Shown here in pieces: positions 58,811 to 64,000 of a DNA stretch of 64,000 bases (its first letter is position 1; every line of letters begins with the position of its first letter). The notes under the pieces are model-generated. The model was not told where the DNA came from and ran no database searches. It saw nothing but the letters and a program-made list of their open reading frames with translations. Made by a program: the position numbers and the translations under genes. Source of the stretch: Octopus sinensis (Eukaryota); NCBI RefSeq assembly GCF_006345805.1, contig NC_043006.1:66712001-66776000 (forward strand), in the 5' to 3' direction.

Positions 58811-61800
58811 ATGAACATATCTAGATATGCAACCACATGCATGAGAATACATACATACAGCAAAGCATGCAAATCTGTACATATACATACATACATACAG
58901 ACAAAAATGCCTTGTTGTTGATGTTGAAATTCCATTGAAGGAGCCTTCAATCTAGGTTAGAAATAGTCTCTTTCTCTATTGGCAAGAAATCTTGAAATAA
59001 TACTGAACAATGTCATACATACATATGTAAATGTATGATGCAAAATCTCGGTGTAACCTTCAAGCCGTCTATGAAATGTATAAAGAACAACTTTCAAGAA
59101 CAATAGCAGATTATCGACGTAGTGGGTTGTAAATATTTCCTAGATCGAAGTTCGATTAGCTGAAAAAAGTTATTTCATAGTTCACGGTTAGCAACTAGAA
59201 TAAAAATCTAAACTGAAGGAATGGAGCAGATAAAATCCAGGCAACATATGATTCCTAACTAGCAGAATCTCGGAAGTAATAATTAATCAGCAAGGGGTTC
59301 TCCATTAACTACTCATCAGGCCGAATATTCCTTAGTTAAATGACGGTTACAATGTCGTCAAGGCATCGTATGTTAAGTCGCCGTAGATTTGATCGAAAAT
59401 GTGTGGAAAGGATGGAGTGAGAGAAGAAAAAAGAGAAGCATATGTATGAAGAATTAAGATATGAGAGGGGATAAAATCTAAAGCTGTTAAGAGAAAGAAT
59501 AAAAGTAAAGAAAATGAGAGGAGAAAGAGTGTGTTGTAAGGAATTTTGGTTAGATTGAAGCCAACTACAGGAAAGTTTTTGTGAATATAGTCTGGGGTCA
59601 TTTACTATTTCAACTGTAAATAATTAGACAGATATATTGCAGCACCTGTGTTTTAACAGAATCAAAGGAAATAAAAAGAAAAGAAGTTTAGAGATAAAAA
59701 TACCAGAAGAGGAAGAGAAAATTTAGAATCAATAGTTAGGTGGAATTTGTTAGGACAAGAGAGGGAGTTGGGAGTTAGAGTTTCTGTTCAGTTTTGGAAC
59801 ATAATAGTTCTGGGTAAATTGGTGGTTTATCACTTATAAATAAGACTAAACAAACGCATGTTAGTGTGCACGAGCGTAGTTTCTCTGTGCGCCTATAGTA
59901 TCTTATAGGTGTGCATGTTCGCGTAAGCGGACTCATATATTAATGTGCAAATGGAATATGTAGGGAGATCGCGAGGTAGAGAAAAATTATAATGGTAGTT
60001 AAAACGTTGTCTGTTATAAATACATAGAAGAGTTACAAGTGGGGGCGGAGGAATAGTTAGAGAATATAAGGGGGGCGCTATTATTTGTACTTTGAGAATG
60101 TGTTACGTAATTGATGTTTACAATTAAAAAATAGATGGTTTCGTTTACTGAAACAATTGGTGAATTGCATAATAAAAAAGTCTTCGGCAATGCATACACA
60201 CACACACTAACACACACACATATATATATATATATGTGTGTGTGTATACATATGTACATACATTCATATACATACATATACATTTATATATATGCATATT
60301 AATATACAAACATATATATATACGTGTATGCATATGTATGTACGTGCGTGTGTGTATGTGCGTGTGCACGTCAGTTTGAAAATTCTATGGGAAATATTTC
60401 TGACTAGGTTTAATTGTGAGGGGCTGATTAAGTATTAATCAATATAATGCTTTTACATATGTCCGATTTGATAGGGCTGTCTCATTTAATTCTGGGATTT
60501 CTTACAAGTCTGATTTGGTCTTTCAGTGCTAAGAGCGAGTGCTTGGATTGAGATGTCCATTGAGATCCTAGATTCTTCAATTCATAGTAATTGAATTTAA
60601 CGGCTATGTTTATATTGTCCACACCTGACAGGGTGACTTTTTTTCAAGAGAAGAGATCATTTCCTTATTGTCTGTACCCAACATGGTACATATTACCCGT
60701 TTTTTGTTTTCTGACAATTAACAAATCCAAGAAATCCTTGAAATTTAATTTTATTTAGAGGATATTTTTGAAATTGATTTAAGGCTTTGTAGGAATTTCA
60801 GCAAACTAGAATATTTTCTATAATAATGCTCCCTGCAATAATGAAACAATAAAAAGTAGTGGATATGTAACAAAAATTTTTTATATCGAAAGAGGCCGAT
60901 AATACAATAGGGAATAGACATAGGACCTTTAAAATATGCAAGAAAAGCATATTTTCTTGAAACAATCCATCACACAACACGCTGTTTGGTAGCTAATATA
61001 TTCTTCTATCTCCTAAGTACTACACTCTATTGAATATAGTACAATAAAACTTTTTAGTAGAAACCTGTTTAAACTATCTTATTCTACTACACACCAGATA
61101 ACATAGGTTTATCAAATTCAGCTTGGATTAATAGATTTGAGAATGATAATGGTGAGTCTGAATCAAGCTGCTTTTTGTTTTTAATAAAAAAGATAATGTC
61201 CTATTAACTCTAAATGCCGGGGGCAAAAAGGTGGTCAACCAGTGTACTATGGTAAATAACTCTTTGAATAAGATATATATTGGATTTAGGTAAACAGCAG
61301 CCAGTGTCTCTACACCCGAAAGGTTTGTACCATGTAACACACGAAATACAAATGAACGCGACTACGTTATCAAACTACTTGAGGTGCTTAAAAGATGTTA
61401 ACATACAATTAGATACCGCGGTATAGATTATTGGCTAAATTAACAGTATACAGGCATAACTTTTGCATCGAAGGAACACAGCTTCTTTTTTGTGAATACA
61501 GAAATTTCAAAAACAAAACTTAGAAATTAATAGTTCGTTCACCTTGCTCAATAACACCCTATCACATTATCTCGGAGTGTGGAATTGCTCAGAAAACAAA
61601 GATCGTACTGGAGTTATTATAAATATCAAACACACTACATAAACTAGCATTATACATACAATAGCATAAATAATATTAGAAGACAAATCTTTACTTAGTA
61701 TGAAATAGCAGCACTACCAGTATTAAATAGCACATCCTTCAAGTGATTTCTATAGATAATATAGCATTCTGTTGCATGTTTTAGTCATTGGACTGAAGGT

Positions 61801-62334
61801 TGTTGTCGAACAGGTAGACTCCAGGACTGATGTTTCTTTTCTTATGTATGGAATTTACTTTATCGTCCACTCCTGCCGAACCTCAACATTACAGGACATA
61901 GAAATACTGTCACCAGTTGTCAATCGGTGACCGAAGTGACAAACAGACACACACACACACACACACACAAACACACAATCACACACACAATCGGTCAGGT
62001 GTTCATAAGTCCGAAACAAAGGGTTTTTTTTTCTAGCAGTAGTATTTTCCTGTAGTGATTGGATATGGTTGGTCAGGAAGTCCTTGTTGGTTTCACACCT
62101 ATCATTGCTCTTCTTAGTAATATAGGCGACTAAGCAGATCCGCTGAAGTGTGGCACATGACCTCTTAACTCCATCTGTAAATGCCCACACGCGTGTGTGC
62201 GTGTGCATATGCATGTGTGTATGGGTGCGTGTAATCTGAATTCAGAAACATTGACTAGAATCAAGGCGAGAATATATGTCCGCAGTCTAATAACTGAAGC
62301 AGGTAAAATATGAATTCTTTTGTTATTTTGTTCT

Positions 62335-62546
62335 TATACTTGTTTCAGTCATTTGACTGCGGTCATGCTGGAGCACCGCCCTTTAGTCGAAGAAATCAAC
62401 CCCGGGACTTATTCTTTGTTAGCCTAGTACTTATTCTATCGGTATCTTTTGCCGAACCGCTAAGTTACGGGGACGTAAACACATCAACATCAGTTGTCAA
62501 GCAATGGTAGGGGGAGAAGCGCCGACACAAATACATATAAGCATAC

Positions 62547-62588
<42 letters not shown>

Positions 62589-62770
62589 TTATATATACTT
62601 ACACACACACACAATTCGAACTTCTTTCAGTTTCCCTCTACCAAATTAATTCACAAGGCTTTGGTCGGCCCGAGTCTATAGCAGAAGACACTTGCGCAAG
62701 GTCCAACGCAGTGGAACTGAACCCGGAAACATAAGGATGAGAAGTAAGCTTCTTGCCTCACAGCCGCTCC
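62335..62770 (-). mobile_element. SINE B
   Basis: Full reverse-complement match. Confidence 0.8.
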
Positions 62771-63324
62771 TGTGACTATATGTATATTTACCTAGAGTTA
62801 GCATTTAAACCCGCTCAAAGGTGGATGTACTGTTAGAACAAACTATACTGCCGCATTTACCATGAGACACCCTCTGATACAGACTTTTGATACAAAATGC
62901 ACGCTTATTTGTTTATATCCCCAGCAGGAAGATAACTCTTGGTATTACTACTGCCTCTGTCGTTAACATAATTTATATATATACATATATATATATTCCT
63001 ATGATGCAAATCTCATGACTTTAGGTCTATGGCGAGAAACAAATAACAATTACCAAAGCAAAACCTGCTTCATCTCATTTACCCATCCATCATAACATTA
63101 ATGACATCCCCCATCATCATCATTGGCGTTATTGTAATCGCCTCCATCTTTACTTACACCTACATCAAACAGATAATTAGAACCATTAGTAACCATTACT
63201 AATAGATCAACAGTATTAATTATCCTATTATAAGACTAATACATTAACCACAATATTAATATCATTGTTTAAATAGTATCATTATACTAGGATTATCATA
63301 ATTGTTTTATTATTATTATTATTA

Positions 63325-63361
<37 letters not shown>

Positions 63362-63604
63362 ATTATTGTTGTTGTTGTTGTTGTTGCTGTTGTTGTCTTT
63401 GCACATCTTCTAACGCTGGAGATGTACTACAGTGTCAGCTTTTCACTACCAGTGAACTACGGTAACACCTTTTATTTTTCGAGCACCTTCCGGAGTATTC
63501 GAGCGGTTCCAGGCGGTAATTTTACACTGGTGGGTGACCATAGCTGTGAGCAGTAATCCAGGCGGCTGAGGACGAATGTCCGCCAGAGGACCATCATGGT
63601 TTCC

Positions 63605-63636
<32 letters not shown>

Positions 63637-63694
63637 ATATCTATAATATATATATATTATTATATATATATATATTATATATTATATATATATT

Positions 63695-63852
63695 CTCTCC
63701 CTGTTTATTTCATCGTGGTTATTTCTGGTGAAGAGCGTAGCCTCGAAACGTAAAACACTTTCTCACCTTGACGAGCGTGAAAGTAATACACCTGCTTGTT
63801 GTTTATACACCTGTATTCGTCTTTTGTTTTTCTGTAAATTTCAACTATATAT
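63695..63852 (+). mobile_element. Element Y, uninterrupted copy
   Basis: TTT-CTGGTGA(63725-31)-A-GAGC gtag CCTC-GAAAC-GTA-AAA. Provides the reference showing that the 50.6/54.9 kb copy is split. Confidence 0.65.
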
Positions 63853-64000
63853 TGTACGCTCAAATATTCCCACCAGTTTTATCTTGCTTTAACCTTTTAC
63901 GCATCGGACTTACTACCACCTGAACTTCCTACACCTCTCCTCACTTACATACCAGCATTCCACCGGGATTACTAATGGATATATATATTTATATATACGT

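Overview
This is eukaryotic, repeat-saturated DNA, most likely an Octopus (coleoid cephalopod) intergenic or intronic region. The species is inferred from the SINE families and microsatellite load and is not proven. No host gene can be called with confidence, and there are no rRNA, CRISPR or prokaryotic features; nearly all ORF-track entries are microsatellite read-through or antisense artefacts. Recognisable content: a tandem pair of dead Chapaev3-type DNA transposons (1-5 kb), a full-length dead mariner, a dead pogo/Tigger, a full-length dead R4/Dong LINE sitting in (TAA)n, Tx1/L1 and RLE-LINE fragments, a Penelope-like (GIY-YIG) remnant, Helitron ends and about 30 tRNA-derived SINEs. The main unexplained signal is at the RNA level. 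At least five unrelated short elements carry minimal type I hammerhead ribozyme (HHR) motifs, and three of them are inserted as head-to-head inverted pairs. The best case is a 361-bp retrozyme-like unit present as 1.55 tandem copies plus an inverted copy (44629-45442), a structure suggesting reverse transcription of a circular or multimeric RNA from both ends of the target break. SINE and element labels (A-E, X, Y, Z) are my own working names. Boundaries of decayed elements are approximate.
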